This document shows, one piece after another, positions 41,357 to 51,289 of a stretch of 64,000 nt of DNA. Origin of the DNA: Hadesarchaea archaeon (GTDB lineage: Archaea > Hadarchaeota > Hadarchaeia > Hadarchaeales > WYZ-LMO6); the NCBI GenBank assembly GCA_029259185.1, contig JAPDJF010000001.1, forward strand, positions 63,427 through 127,426, written 5' to 3'. A program made the translations under genes and the position numbers. Under the pieces are notes generated by a model. That model worked only from the letters and a program-made list of their open reading frames with translations. It ran no database searches and had not been told where the DNA came from. Position 1 is the first letter of the stretch. Each line of letters starts with the position of its first letter.

Positions 41357-42007
41357 GTGGGAGTTCTAGCGCTCGGTTCCCACGATGAGAGACATGGTGC
41401 GATCCTCCCTCCCGACACGGACGCGAAATTGGCGGCGCACATAGCACTCGAAGCGGCCAAACGAACTGGGGCTAAGTTCATCGGGATTCTCCTCTCCTCC
41501 CACGAGCTCCCGTTCATTGACACGGGTGAACACCATCCCATGGCTGAAGTGCTGAGTGAACTCCGGGGAAAGCTGAAAGAAGCCAAGCGAGTGCTCGGGC
41601 TCAGAGCCGTGGTGCTCGTGAATGCTCACGGGGGAAACAAACCTCTTCGTAAACACTTGAGGAGGCTCGAAAGAGAGTCCGGCCTCAAGCTGGCATTCAA
41701 CACGAGGATAGTGGATGTGGAGGGGCCGCACGCGGGTACGGGGGAGGTGAGCGCAGGGGTCGTCGTGGGTATAGGAGATCCAACGAAACTCGGAGAACAC
41801 ACGAACTTTGAAAAATATCCGGAGGTCGGTTTCGTGGGATTCAAGCGCGCTCGAGAAGTTTATCCATGGGCTGAGGAACACGCTAGAGAGGTCAGCGAGA
41901 GGGGTATTCATGTCGATGAGGAGTTAGGGAGGAGACTCGTGGAAGAGGCGATAGAGAGCGTCGTTCGAGATATTCGTAGGTTGAAGTCCTTCAGGGGGTC
42001 GAAGTGA
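41357..42007 (+). CDS. arfB: FAPy deformylase (creatininase family)
   Basis: ALGSH.E.HG..LP.DTD, NAHGGN, HAG.GE.S, YPEVG..G; last gene of the rib operon. Confidence 0.8.
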   Translation: MGVLALGSHDERHGAILPPDTDAKLAAHIALEAAKRTGAKFIGILLSSHELPFIDTGEHHPMAEVLSELRGKLKEAKRVLGLRAVVLVNAHGGNKPLRKHLRRLERESGLKLAFNTRIVDVEGPHAGTGEVSAGVVVGIGDPTKLGEHTNFEKYPEVGFVGFKRAREVYPWAEEHAREVSERGIHVDEELGRRLVEEAIESVVRDIRRLKSFRGSK

Positions 42008-42490
42008 GGTGGCCTAATTCCATTCCGATCTCAAGCAGAGCCCAAGCCCAGATCAGGCACTCGAAGCTTCTCAGCAGGTCAGTGATTTAACTCCACCGCC
42101 GGGAAGTCCCTCTTCCGCAAGGGAGGGGATGAGAGGCGGAACGCTATAGTTGGTCATAAAAACTCTCGTGAGTAGGGCTGGGATGGCCCGAACGAACGCT
42201 TGGAGACCAAGACCTCCGTAACCTCTCGCAGGTCCGCAAGGCTGAAAACGCCGGCGGGCAAGCGGATGACCGCACCTGTGAAGGGGATCGAGTCTGGTTG
42301 ATGAAGCAGGAAGCCACCTGCGAGAGCTTAGGTAGTTCACAGAAGTGGGCCGAATCTCGTTGGTAGGCTAGGATGTTCTCCAAAAGTTTCCTCTCCTTTT
42401 CATCCATTGGGGAGGTTCGGGGGACGGATTCGGCGAGCCTCTTAGACCATTTCTCTATTTCCGAATTGAGTTCTTTCTCAAGTTCAATCA
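41990..42490 (-). pseudogene. DUF357 family gene disrupted by the 42091-42340 element
   Basis: LEKELNSEIEKWSKRL...LLENILAYQRDSAHF on one side of the element, DLLRSFECLIWAWALLEIG on the other; lies downstream of dph5. Confidence 0.8.
42091..42340 (+). mobile_element. 250-bp protein-free IS200/IS605 mini-element (left end + promoter-like segment + omegaRNA-like region + right end)
   Basis: TTTAA target 42086-42090; left end matching the 29.7 kb and 34.5 kb copies; GGGCTGGGATGGCCCGAACGAACGC; GAAGCAGGAAGCC...GGTAGTTCAC right end. Confidence 0.85.
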
Positions 42491-43329
42491 GGGTCTTCTT
42501 TCACTCGCCCGAAATAAACATCGCTTTGACTTTCAGATCCTTTTCCCCTACATGCGTTTGTCAGCGGAGCACCTGCGAAGACCCGCAGAGCTTCCTCTTC
42601 CAGAAAGTGGAGTTTTCCAGGAACCACGAGCACATGGGGTGGTGGTCCGAGATCTACGTCGACCAAATCTCCAGCTCTCCCCGCTCTCACGACAGGATTC
42701 AAACACCCGGCGCGCGCGATCGCAACGGTGAGCCTTTCTTCCTTGAATGCCCCTTTTCCGAGCTCGGATTCTAGAGAGAACATTATCTCTATCCCCTCCC
42801 GGGCGAGCATGTGTTTTCCCTCCTCCCTACGTAGGTCGAGCAACAACAGTGTGTGAAGCCCACGTTCAGAGTTCTCGACTAGGGCTTCGTACGGCACCTT
42901 GGATGGATTATCCGGAAATGGAATGGTGGCGGATCGTCCGAATTTGTAACTCTGTAAGCCCGTCAAACCCGGGACTGCGGAGATTATCGAGGAAGAGTGG
43001 ACGATCGAGGTGGGGATCCCCATGCGTGCCGCACGTAGTCGGAGATCCACGTGGGTGGTGGCCACCATCGGGTCCCCCGGAACCAATATGGTTACCCTTC
43101 CGCTTTTTGCTTTTTCCAGTATCTCGGTTGGATCCTCCTCCATGGTTTTCCTGTCGATCGTTTTGATGGGCTTCCCGATGGCCGTTTTCAGTCCGTCCAG
43201 GTCCAGCTCGGGTAGAGGGCTCGTGTAGAATTCAGCATAGACCCAATCGGAGCCCCTGGCAACTTTAAGCCCTTGGAGGGAGATCGTTTCATTCCCACAA
43301 AGACCCAACCCTACGAATACGAGCATCAA
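42484..43329 (-). CDS. dph5: Diphthine synthase
   Basis: FVGLGL, EFYTS, GDP..ATTH.DL, GLQ.YKFG...T, GLHTL.LLD, GPPPH, LHF.E. Confidence 0.95.
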   Translation of the reverse strand: MMLVFVGLGLCGNETISLQGLKVARGSDWVYAEFYTSPLPELDLDGLKTAIGKPIKTIDRKTMEEDPTEILEKAKSGRVTILVPGDPMVATTHVDLRLRAARMGIPTSIVHSSSIISAVPGLTGLQSYKFGRSATIPFPDNPSKVPYEALVENSERGLHTLLLLDLRREEGKHMLAREGIEIMFSLESELGKGAFKEERLTVAIARAGCLNPVVRAGRAGDLVDVDLGPPPHVLVVPGKLHFLEEEALRVFAGAPLTNACRGKGSESQSDVYFGRVKEDPD

Positions 43330-43379
43330 TTTTTTTATAGGATTTTCGACTTTTTTAATTAGAAAACAAGGGGTTCGAT

Positions 43380-43781
43380 TTGCGACATTTAAAGGTGATC
43401 GCGGACACCAGCTTCCTCATGATACCGGGCACATTTGGGGTAGACATAATCAGCGAGCTGAACAGGTTACTTGAGCGGAGGTATAAGTTGCTCATCCCCT
43501 ATCCAGTAATAAAGGAACTCGAGTACTTGGCAAAGCGTGGGACCCCAAGCGAACGCTCTTCTGCTCGGCTGGGGATGGTTTTGGCGGAGAGGGGGGAGAT
43601 AGTACCCGGTGGGAGCGATGCTGACGACACGATCTTGAGGCTGGCCAGGCAGGGGGGATGTAAGGACTGTGTGGTCGGTACCAATGATAAAGCACTTCAG
43701 AAGAAGCTGGAGAGAATGAACGTGGCGGTTGTTCGGTTAAGACACAGATCTTACTTGATGTTGACCCGAGACTTGGAATAG
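43380..43781 (+). CDS. PIN-domain protein (Fcf1/Utp24-like)
   Basis: DTSFL..P..F.VDI..EL, V..EL, ADD, TND. Confidence 0.88.
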   Translation: MRHLKVIADTSFLMIPGTFGVDIISELNRLLERRYKLLIPYPVIKELEYLAKRGTPSERSSARLGMVLAERGEIVPGGSDADDTILRLARQGGCKDCVVGTNDKALQKKLERMNVAVVRLRHRSYLMLTRDLE

Positions 43782-43884
43782 TCGAGCAAACTTTAATAGG
43801 TCTCAAGCGATGAAAGGATGTTATGCGTTTAGAGGTGGCTCTCGCTCGCTCGAGAATGCTGTGAGGATCCCGTGAGGTGAGTGG

Positions 43885-44439
43885 TTGCATTGGATAGTCA
43901 CTTTGCGGGACACCGTTCGGGTTCCTCCTGATCGCTTCGGGGAGCCGTTGGAGAGAGTCGTTGCGGACATCCTTCGGAAGACGTACGAGGGGGTGGTGGA
44001 TAAGGATCTGGGGATAGTCGTTGCTATAGTGGATGTCAAAGAGATAGGGATCGGGAGGATAATAATGGGGGATGGGGCTAGCTATCACGATGTGGTTTTC
44101 GATGCGTTGACCTACAGGCCGGAACTGAATGAGGTAGTCTTGGGTGAGGTCGTTGAAATAGTGAACTTCGGGGGTTTCGTGAGGCTCGGTCCGTTGGATG
44201 CGCTCGTTCACATCTCCCAAGTTATGGATGACTACGTGTCCTACGATGACAAGAAGGGTGTGCTTTCGGGTAAGGAGAGCAAACGTTCGTTGAAAGAGGG
44301 TGACAAGGTCAGGGCTCGGATAGTCTCGGTGAGCATGAAGCGCGACTCCCGAGGGAAGATAGGTTTAACGATGCGACAACCTGGGCTCGGTAAGCTGGAA
44401 TGGCTCAAAGAGGAAGGCGGAAAGGGTGGGAAATCTTGA
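43885..44439 (+). CDS. rpoE1: RNA polymerase subunit Rpo7 (E')
   Basis: RVPP..FG, GDGA.Y, FG.FV..GP.D.L.H.SQ, KIGLTMRQPGLGK. Confidence 0.96.
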   Translation: MHWIVTLRDTVRVPPDRFGEPLERVVADILRKTYEGVVDKDLGIVVAIVDVKEIGIGRIIMGDGASYHDVVFDALTYRPELNEVVLGEVVEIVNFGGFVRLGPLDALVHISQVMDDYVSYDDKKGVLSGKESKRSLKEGDKVRARIVSVSMKRDSRGKIGLTMRQPGLGKLEWLKEEGGKGGKS

Positions 44440-44624
44440 AGGAGCGAGCGTGTAAGAAGTGCCATCGTATAGTGGGGGAAGAAAGCGTCTGCCCAATCTG
44501 TAAGGAGACTTCGTTCTCCAATGAGTGGAGTGGTTACGTCGTTATCAAAGACCCGGAGAAGTCTGAGATAGCGAAGCGTTTGAAGATAACCCAGGCGGGA
44601 AGTTACGCCCTGAGGGTTCGCTGA
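44436..44624 (+). CDS. spt4: Transcription elongation factor Spt4 (RpoE'')
   Basis: ACKKC...CP.C...WSG.V...DPEKS.IA..L.I...G.YA.RV. Confidence 0.95.
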   Translation: MKERACKKCHRIVGEESVCPICKETSFSNEWSGYVVIKDPEKSEIAKRLKITQAGSYALRVR

Positions 44625-44711
44625 GTTCGAGATCGCTGGTGAACGGATCTATGCTTTTCGATCCTTTCGCCTCAACGGTAGAGTTAAATACTTTTCAAAA
44701 AAAGTTTAACG

Positions 44712-45836
44712 ATGTCCAGTAAAACGACAGTATCTATCATAAAGGCTGATCTCGGTTCGCTGGCAGGACACCATGTGGTTCCTGAACCTCTGTTGGCGAT
44801 CGCGAGGAAGGAGTTGAAGAAAGCTCAGGAGGAGGGGTTGATCAACAGCTATTACGTCTTCAACGCAGGTGATGACCTTCAGCTGTTGATGGTTCATCAG
44901 AAGGGGGAGGGCAACCCCGAGATACACAAACTCGCGTGGGAAACCTTTCAGAAAGCGGCTGAGAAATCTAGGGCACTGAAGCTTTACGCTGCGGGTCAGG
45001 ACATACTGAAGACGGCCTTCAGTGGCAACGTCAGGGGAATGGGCCCGGGAGTCGCAGAGATGGAGTTCGAAGAGCGTCCTTCAGATCCGATCGTGGTGTT
45101 CGCGATGGATAAGACGGAACCCGGGGCTTTTAACTATCCGTTGTTCCGCATTTTCGCGGATCCATTCAACACCGCAGGTTTGGTGATAGACCCGTCAATG
45201 ATTGGGGGGTTCAAATTTGAAGTTCTGGATGTGATCGAACACAAGAAAGTTGTACTCAAGTGCCCAGAAGAAATGTATGAGCTGGTGGCCCTGATAGGGA
45301 GCCCGGGGAGATACGTGGTATCCCATGTGTGGAAGGCTTCCGATGATATGGTATGTGCGGCTACGAGTACCACTAGGCTCTCCCTCATAGCGGGGAAGTA
45401 TGTGGGGAAAGACGATCCGGTCTGTATCGTGAGGGCCCAACATGGCTTGCCTGCACTTGGAGAGGTTCTGGCCCCCTTCATGCACAGTTACTTCGTCGAG
45501 GGATGGATGCGCGGGAGTCACTGGGGCCCACTGATGCCAGTGGGTCTCAAGGATTCGAGGTGTACGGTCTTCGATGGTCCTCCGAGGGTGGTGGCCTTGG
45601 GATTCCAAGTGTCGGATGGAAAGATAGCGCAAGACGATGATGGGAATCCTATGATCTCGGATATATTCGAGGATGTGGCGTTTGAAATGGCTAGGAAGGA
45701 AGCTGTGGAGTACGCGGCAGTGCTTAGGAGGATGGGTGAATTCGAGCCGGCGCGCTTAGGTCCGGAGAGCATGGAGTACACTACGTTGCCGAAAGTGCTT
45801 GAAAAGCTGAAAGACAAGTTCAAGAAAGTTGATTAA
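44712..45836 (+). CDS. fbp: Bifunctional fructose-1,6-bisphosphate aldolase/phosphatase
   Basis: KAD.GS..GH, GDD, LYAAGQD, DKTEPGAFN, YVGKDDPV, GWMRGSH, MEYTTL. Confidence 0.97.
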   Translation: MSSKTTVSIIKADLGSLAGHHVVPEPLLAIARKELKKAQEEGLINSYYVFNAGDDLQLLMVHQKGEGNPEIHKLAWETFQKAAEKSRALKLYAAGQDILKTAFSGNVRGMGPGVAEMEFEERPSDPIVVFAMDKTEPGAFNYPLFRIFADPFNTAGLVIDPSMIGGFKFEVLDVIEHKKVVLKCPEEMYELVALIGSPGRYVVSHVWKASDDMVCAATSTTRLSLIAGKYVGKDDPVCIVRAQHGLPALGEVLAPFMHSYFVEGWMRGSHWGPLMPVGLKDSRCTVFDGPPRVVALGFQVSDGKIAQDDDGNPMISDIFEDVAFEMARKEAVEYAAVLRRMGEFEPARLGPESMEYTTLPKVLEKLKDKFKKVD

Positions 45837-46324
45837 GCTGGTTTTTCAGGTGGAAAGGGGAATGCTTCTATCAAACTAGTGATCGTGGAGCAGGCAAGAG
45901 AGCATGAGGTTCGAGAAGGACAAGAAAGCTCAGCTTTGGCAGGCTTTCCCCTTACTCTGTTCTACACATAGATCGCTCTAGCCGTTCCCAGGTGAGATGC
46001 CCAAAAGCAGAAGTGGTTCGACGCGTCGTGGGTGGGTTCGCCCTGGCGAGGAGAAGCGTGAGGAGGGCCCCGATGAACTCTCGAGGAGTCCGAGCGTGAT
46101 GAGTCCCAAGAAAAACGGTTCATTTGTTACCGTTTTTCAGAACCCTTGATGGCGGTGTAGGTTATCCACAGGATGTCGAGATAGTCCGCGGAAGTCCTTT
46201 TGGAAGAAGGCCGGTCAATTAGAAGAACAATAATCACGATGAGCTCCTCATCTTAACCGCTCTAGGGAAATCCCATCCAGGGGACGAGGAGAATTGGGAG
46301 GTGTTCTTGGCGGAAGGAACATCT

Positions 46325-48520
46325 TCAAACCCCTCTAGGGAAGGGTGCTTGGCCCAAACTCTCCTCGACCTGTCGTTTGATACTCCTTGCCATCTCGGAT
46401 CCGATCGCGGGTACGGAAGCGAGTTCTCTCTCGGTACTCCGCTTGATGTCTTCCAGTTTCCGATATCCAGCCTTGAACAGATTCCGGGCACGCACTCTCC
46501 CAACTCCTTGGAGCCTCACGAGGTCGAGCAACTCCTCCTTCACCCCATACCTTATCCTTTTTCCGAGCTTTCGGAGAGGGGTCATCGCATGCTTGATCTT
46601 GAAGAGCCTCGACAGCTCGTGAGCAGCGTGGATCAACCATGCCGCGGTTTCCACGCTCCTGCGTATGTCCCCCGCCCCGATGCCGAATTCCTCATGGATG
46701 AGATCCTCGGGAACCTCTTCTAGCCAGCTCCTGAGCATGTACGCGGTTTTGAGTTCAGCTAGGAAGAATTCGTGTTCATCGGGATCCTCGGGTATGGGGA
46801 CGAGGAACTCCCGTGCGTGTTCGTTCGTCAGCATCTCGAACCGTTCGTCCTCTTTCCTTCCCAAATAGAATTTCGGCATGTCCGGTGTGTGGCAGACCAG
46901 GTGAAGGAGTGCGAGATCGGTGGGCTTCTTCCTCGAGACCCCCATCAGCCCGTCGCGTAGCACCACTCCAGACAGCGGGTCTATGTAAAGGCGGGACACG
47001 AGTTCTCCAAACTTCGTGGCTGTTATGAGTTTCTTTTCTCTTTTAACCATTTCCTCCTTCTCCAAGAAGTCGAGCACCCGTTCAACGAGGCTTTCAACGG
47101 AACGGAGGTCGTATTGGTGTGCGAAGAAAGTATAACCCATGAACCCTAGGACATCCCTGATGTTGTTCGCGTACCCCGAGGCGATGCATGCGAGCACATG
47201 AGTCCGTAGAGCTGGTTCCGTCGCTAGCTTGGAGGTTATCCTCTCCGGCTCCCCGCTTATGTACTCCTCGAAAAGTACCTCCACCTCCTCCTCGCTCTTG
47301 GCGATGAGCAGAGCTTCACCGAAGCGGTCGTACTTCGGGCGCCCACTCCTCCCGAGCATCTGTTGGATCTCCAGCACCGGGATAGGTGTAGATCCGAAGG
47401 GTTCCACATAGCGTCGATAGTCTCGAATGATTACACGTCTCGCCGGCAGATTGATTCCCGCTGCTAGGGTTGGGGTTGCACATATCATCTTTATCAGGTT
47501 TCCCCTGAAAGCATCTTCAACTGCCTTTCGCTGGATGTGGTGGAGCCCGGCGTGGTGGAAAGCGGTCCCACGCTTCACGCAGTCTGCGAGCGTCTTGCAT
47601 GTGCGTGTGGGTTCTCCTAAGGCACCCTCTATCGTACGTGCAACTCGCTTGAGTTCTTCCAGCTCATCCGGTTTCAGCAAATCGCGCACGTGTTTTGACG
47701 CTTGGATGGTGACGGCTTGGGCTGATCGACGGGTGTTGACGAAGATCAAAACTTGTCCACCATCGCGGATCGTGTCGAGGGAGAGGGCGGTGAGCGTGTC
47801 GGTTCCTTCAACCTCAACTTTTCTTCTTCCATTCCCTTCGAAGAGGATCGTTCCGTTGTAAAACACACCCCTTCTGAGGGGGACGGGGCGCCAGTCGTTG
47901 CGAACGAGTTCCGCACCCAGCCACTCGGCTATCTCATCTGCGTTTTTAATCGTAGCGCTGAGAGCAAGCACTTGGAGCTTCGGGTTGACCTGTCGCAGTC
48001 TAGCGGTGAGGATCTCAAGGGTTGGGCCGCGTCCTGGGTCGTTGATGAGATGAACTTCGTCGAGCACGACTACCGAGACCACATCGGCGAGCCACTTCGC
48101 CCGGTGTCGGAGCAGGGAATCGACTTTCTCCGAGGTGGCCACCAAAATATCATACCGGGCCAGCCGTGGGTCGGCGATGTCGAAATCTCCGGTACTTATC
48201 CCGATCTTTATCCCGAGGGGCTCATATCGCTCCTTGAATTCCTCATATTTTTCGCTCGCAAGGGCCCGGAGTGGCACTATGTACAAGCATCTCCCTCCCG
48301 ACCCGAGCACGGACTTAAGCATGCAGAGTTCGGCGATGAGAGTCTTCCCGCTGGCGGTGGGTATGGCTAGCACGAGATTTTTGCCGTCGAGCACGCCCCT
48401 CCGCACAGCATCGGCTTGGGGGGGATACAGTCTCGTTACGCCGGATCGCTTGAGCACATCAGCGACAACTGTGGGGATCCCATAATCCTCGCAGATCTCC
48501 TCGATCTTCATCGAGTGCAT
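46325..48520 (-). CDS. hel308: Ski2-like DNA helicase Hel308
   Basis: PTASGKT, DEVH, LSAT, FHHAGL, TPTLAAGINLP, QMLGRSGRP, C-terminal HhH (GVGRVRAR). Confidence 0.95.
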   Translation of the reverse strand: MHSMKIEEICEDYGIPTVVADVLKRSGVTRLYPPQADAVRRGVLDGKNLVLAIPTASGKTLIAELCMLKSVLGSGGRCLYIVPLRALASEKYEEFKERYEPLGIKIGISTGDFDIADPRLARYDILVATSEKVDSLLRHRAKWLADVVSVVVLDEVHLINDPGRGPTLEILTARLRQVNPKLQVLALSATIKNADEIAEWLGAELVRNDWRPVPLRRGVFYNGTILFEGNGRRKVEVEGTDTLTALSLDTIRDGGQVLIFVNTRRSAQAVTIQASKHVRDLLKPDELEELKRVARTIEGALGEPTRTCKTLADCVKRGTAFHHAGLHHIQRKAVEDAFRGNLIKMICATPTLAAGINLPARRVIIRDYRRYVEPFGSTPIPVLEIQQMLGRSGRPKYDRFGEALLIAKSEEEVEVLFEEYISGEPERITSKLATEPALRTHVLACIASGYANNIRDVLGFMGYTFFAHQYDLRSVESLVERVLDFLEKEEMVKREKKLITATKFGELVSRLYIDPLSGVVLRDGLMGVSRKKPTDLALLHLVCHTPDMPKFYLGRKEDERFEMLTNEHAREFLVPIPEDPDEHEFFLAELKTAYMLRSWLEEVPEDLIHEEFGIGAGDIRRSVETAAWLIHAAHELSRLFKIKHAMTPLRKLGKRIRYGVKEELLDLVRLQGVGRVRARNLFKAGYRKLEDIKRSTERELASVPAIGSEMARSIKRQVEESLGQAPFPRGV

Positions 48521-48626
48521 ATTTGCTCATCACTCTAAATATCACTTGGGCACGATGGATGCGGTGGGCTTCCAGAGCTTTTACGCTATCTATTTGAGGA
48601 AGGTCGGTGCGTAAGAGAAGTGGAGG

Positions 48627-50225
48627 ATGGATCCGAAGGCTGAACCCAAGGCTGAGATGGTCGTTTGTCAGCGGATAGCGGAGCGCGTGATGCGTTCCCC
48701 AACCATCACGAAACGGGATCTCAACCGGATAAAGATGGAAGTGGCGAAGGAGCTGGGAGCGACGACGATACCTCCAAATTCCAAAGTACTCGAGTTCGTG
48801 GGGGAGAAAGCTACCCAAGTCTTGAAGCTGAAACCGGTCAGAAGCATAAGCGGTGTGAGCATCCTGACCGTGATGGTGAGACCCTATCCCTGTCCTCATG
48901 GGAGGTGTATTTACTGTCCTGGCGGTCCAGAGAAGGGGACTCCTCAATCTTACACGGGGAGAGAACCCGCCGCGATGCGTGCGATTCAGCTCGACTTCGA
49001 CCCCTATCGTCAAGTGCGGAGCAGGATCGAGCAGCTCCGGGCGATAGGACATGAAGTAGACAAAGTGGAGCTGATAATCTTCGGCGGAACCATTACTGCT
49101 TATCCGCCCGAGTACCTCGAGTGGTTCGTGATCCAGTGTCTGAACGCGATGTCGGGTGCGAATGCAAACACGATCGAAGAAGCCCAAGTCGCAGCCGAGA
49201 ACGCGGAGATAAGAAACAGTGACATAGCCATTGAGACCAGACCGGACTGGTGCAGAAAGCCCCACATCGATCGGATGCTTCGTCTTGGTACCACGCGGGT
49301 GGAACTAGGGGTTCAGACGATATACGAGGACGTCTATGAGCTCGTTGGAAGAGGTCATGGGGTAATGGATGTGGTCGAGGCTACGCGCGCGGCGAGGGAT
49401 TCTGGGTTTGCTTTGGTGTACCACCTCATGCTTGGCCTACCCGGATCAAGCTACGAGCGTGACCTGGAGATGTTCAAGACGATCTTTGAAGATGAGCGAT
49501 TCAAACCTGATGCCATCAAGATATATCCTACCCTCGTGATGCCGGGAACCGAACTCTATGAACTCTGGAAGCGCGGGAAGTACGAACCCTACCCCTTTGA
49601 GACGCTCGTGGAGCTCATCAAGGAGGTTAAAAAGATAGTTCCCCGTTGGGTGAGGATTCAGCGTATCCAGCGTGACATTCCTCTCAACCTCATCGCGGAT
49701 GGGGTTGAGAGAGGAGACCTCAGATCCGTAGTTCAAGACAGGCTCGGTGCTGAGGGTCTCCGGTGCAGGTGTATCCGATGCCGCGAGGTCGGGCATGTGT
49801 GGTACAAATGTAGGATCGCCCCAGATCCCGAGAATGTGGAGATGAGGGTCGAGCGGTATCATGCTTCGGGGGGTGAAGAGTTCTTCATCACTTGGGAGGA
49901 CGTAAGGCAGGACATTCTGATAGGTTTGCTCAGACTCAGGTCTCCCTCTGAGAAAGCCCATCGACCGGAAGTGAGTCCTGAAACCGCGATCGTACGGGAG
50001 TTGCATGTCTACGGTCCGCTCGTCCCTGTCGGGAGGGATGCTGGGGAGGAGGGGTGGCAGCATCGAGGGTTTGGTAGGGGGTTGCTCGAGGAGGCGGAAC
50101 GCATCTCGAGGGAGGAGCTGGATGCTCGAAAAGTTTCTGTGCTTTCCGGCATAGGGATCCGGAACTACTACAGACGCTTTGGGTACGAAAGGGACGGGCC
50201 TTACATGTCGAAGCCTCTGAGGTGA
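48627..50225 (+). CDS. elp3: tRNA U34 acetyltransferase Elp3 (radical SAM + GNAT)
   Basis: CPHGRCIYC, SYTG.EP, ETRPD, KIYPTLV, RELHVYG, QHRGFG. Confidence 0.96.
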   Translation: MDPKAEPKAEMVVCQRIAERVMRSPTITKRDLNRIKMEVAKELGATTIPPNSKVLEFVGEKATQVLKLKPVRSISGVSILTVMVRPYPCPHGRCIYCPGGPEKGTPQSYTGREPAAMRAIQLDFDPYRQVRSRIEQLRAIGHEVDKVELIIFGGTITAYPPEYLEWFVIQCLNAMSGANANTIEEAQVAAENAEIRNSDIAIETRPDWCRKPHIDRMLRLGTTRVELGVQTIYEDVYELVGRGHGVMDVVEATRAARDSGFALVYHLMLGLPGSSYERDLEMFKTIFEDERFKPDAIKIYPTLVMPGTELYELWKRGKYEPYPFETLVELIKEVKKIVPRWVRIQRIQRDIPLNLIADGVERGDLRSVVQDRLGAEGLRCRCIRCREVGHVWYKCRIAPDPENVEMRVERYHASGGEEFFITWEDVRQDILIGLLRLRSPSEKAHRPEVSPETAIVRELHVYGPLVPVGRDAGEEGWQHRGFGRGLLEEAERISREELDARKVSVLSGIGIRNYYRRFGYERDGPYMSKPLR

Positions 50226-50229
50226 ACAG

Positions 50230-50919
50230 GTGAGGATAGGTCTCATTTCAGACATCCACTCTAACATGGTGGCTCTTCGGGCCGTGTTGAAAGACATGGG
50301 TCGAGTAGATGAGCTGGTATGTGTTGGAGATCTGGTAGGCTATGCAGCTCAGCCGAACGAGGTGGTGGATCTGGTGAGGTCGAAGCGTATACCTTCGGTG
50401 ATGGGTAACCATGATTACGCAGCCGTGACACGTGACGTTGCGTGGTTTAATCCGATGGCGGCTAAGGCAGCGATGTGGACGAACGAGAAATTGAGTGAGC
50501 AGAATGCAAAGTACCTTCGCTCGCTCCCTGAAGAGCTGAGATTTACGCGTTCAGGCGTGAGGATATACGTGGTTCATGGGAGCCCAAGGGATCCCCTTTT
50601 CGAGTACGTGTTTCCGGATGTCCCGACCCCGAGCTTGCTCGACCTCCTCCGTGGGGTAGATGCAGATGTGGTGGTGTTCGGTCACACTCACATACCGATG
50701 CAGCGGGTGGTTCAGGGGAAGCTCGTTGTGAACCCGGGGGGGGTTGGGCAGCCGAGGGATAGGGATCCGAGGGCGAGCTATATGGTGCTCTCGCTCAGAC
50801 GCGGTGAGATCGAGATACAGCACAGGAGGGTGTCCTACGATGTGGATGAGGCTGCCGAACTAATAAAATCTGCAGGTTTGCCCCCGGAACTCGCTTCGCG
50901 CCTCTACTTCGGCTGGTAG
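50230..50919 (+). CDS. Metallophosphoesterase (YfcE/calcineurin-like)
   Basis: SDIHSN, GDLVGY, GNHD, HGSP, GHTH, NPG.VGQPRD. Confidence 0.9.
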   Translation: MRIGLISDIHSNMVALRAVLKDMGRVDELVCVGDLVGYAAQPNEVVDLVRSKRIPSVMGNHDYAAVTRDVAWFNPMAAKAAMWTNEKLSEQNAKYLRSLPEELRFTRSGVRIYVVHGSPRDPLFEYVFPDVPTPSLLDLLRGVDADVVVFGHTHIPMQRVVQGKLVVNPGGVGQPRDRDPRASYMVLSLRRGEIEIQHRRVSYDVDEAAELIKSAGLPPELASRLYFGW

Positions 50920-51233
50920 GGAAAGGGCTGTTGCTCCTCTTCGACCTCGGGGGTCTCGGGTTTGGAGATCTTCATCTGATGAATGGCGAGTATCCTTTCG
51001 TTCACCACGATGAGGTCCCGAATCGCCAGCACGGCATTGTACGATATCAGGGAATCCCCCTTTTCGTCTTTTGGGAGATTGTCAAGCACGCCTTTGAATG
51101 TGGGTTTAACCACGAGAGAGATAATGTTCCCAGTTTTCTCATCGATGAGGATGTCCGAAAGACGTCCGATTTGCAGGCCACGATCCGTGACCACGTTCAT
51201 CCCTCGGAGCTTGCTCGCCAAGATCTGAGGCAA
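50904..51233 (-). CDS. PRC-barrel domain protein
   Basis: L.G..VVT..G..IG...DI..DE.TG.I..L. Confidence 0.85.
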   Translation of the reverse strand: MPQILASKLRGMNVVTDRGLQIGRLSDILIDEKTGNIISLVVKPTFKGVLDNLPKDEKGDSLISYNAVLAIRDLIVVNERILAIHQMKISKPETPEVEEEQQPFPYQPK

Positions 51234-51289
51234 AATTTCCCCCGTTTAGTTTTCTAGACCAGACTTAAAAAGGTAAGCAGTTCCCCGGC

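Noticed and set aside
42091-42340. IStron or hammerhead ribozyme interpretation of the mini-element
   Set aside because: The element is antisense to the interrupted gene, has no group I core, and CTGAAAA does not match the CUGANGA/GAAA hammerhead core; the host gene has further frameshifts.
49446-50297. Long antisense ORFs here and at 8676-9515, 19066-19707, 43492-44220 and 48459-49265
   Set aside because: Shadows of well-conserved genes on the opposite strand, with no motifs of their own.
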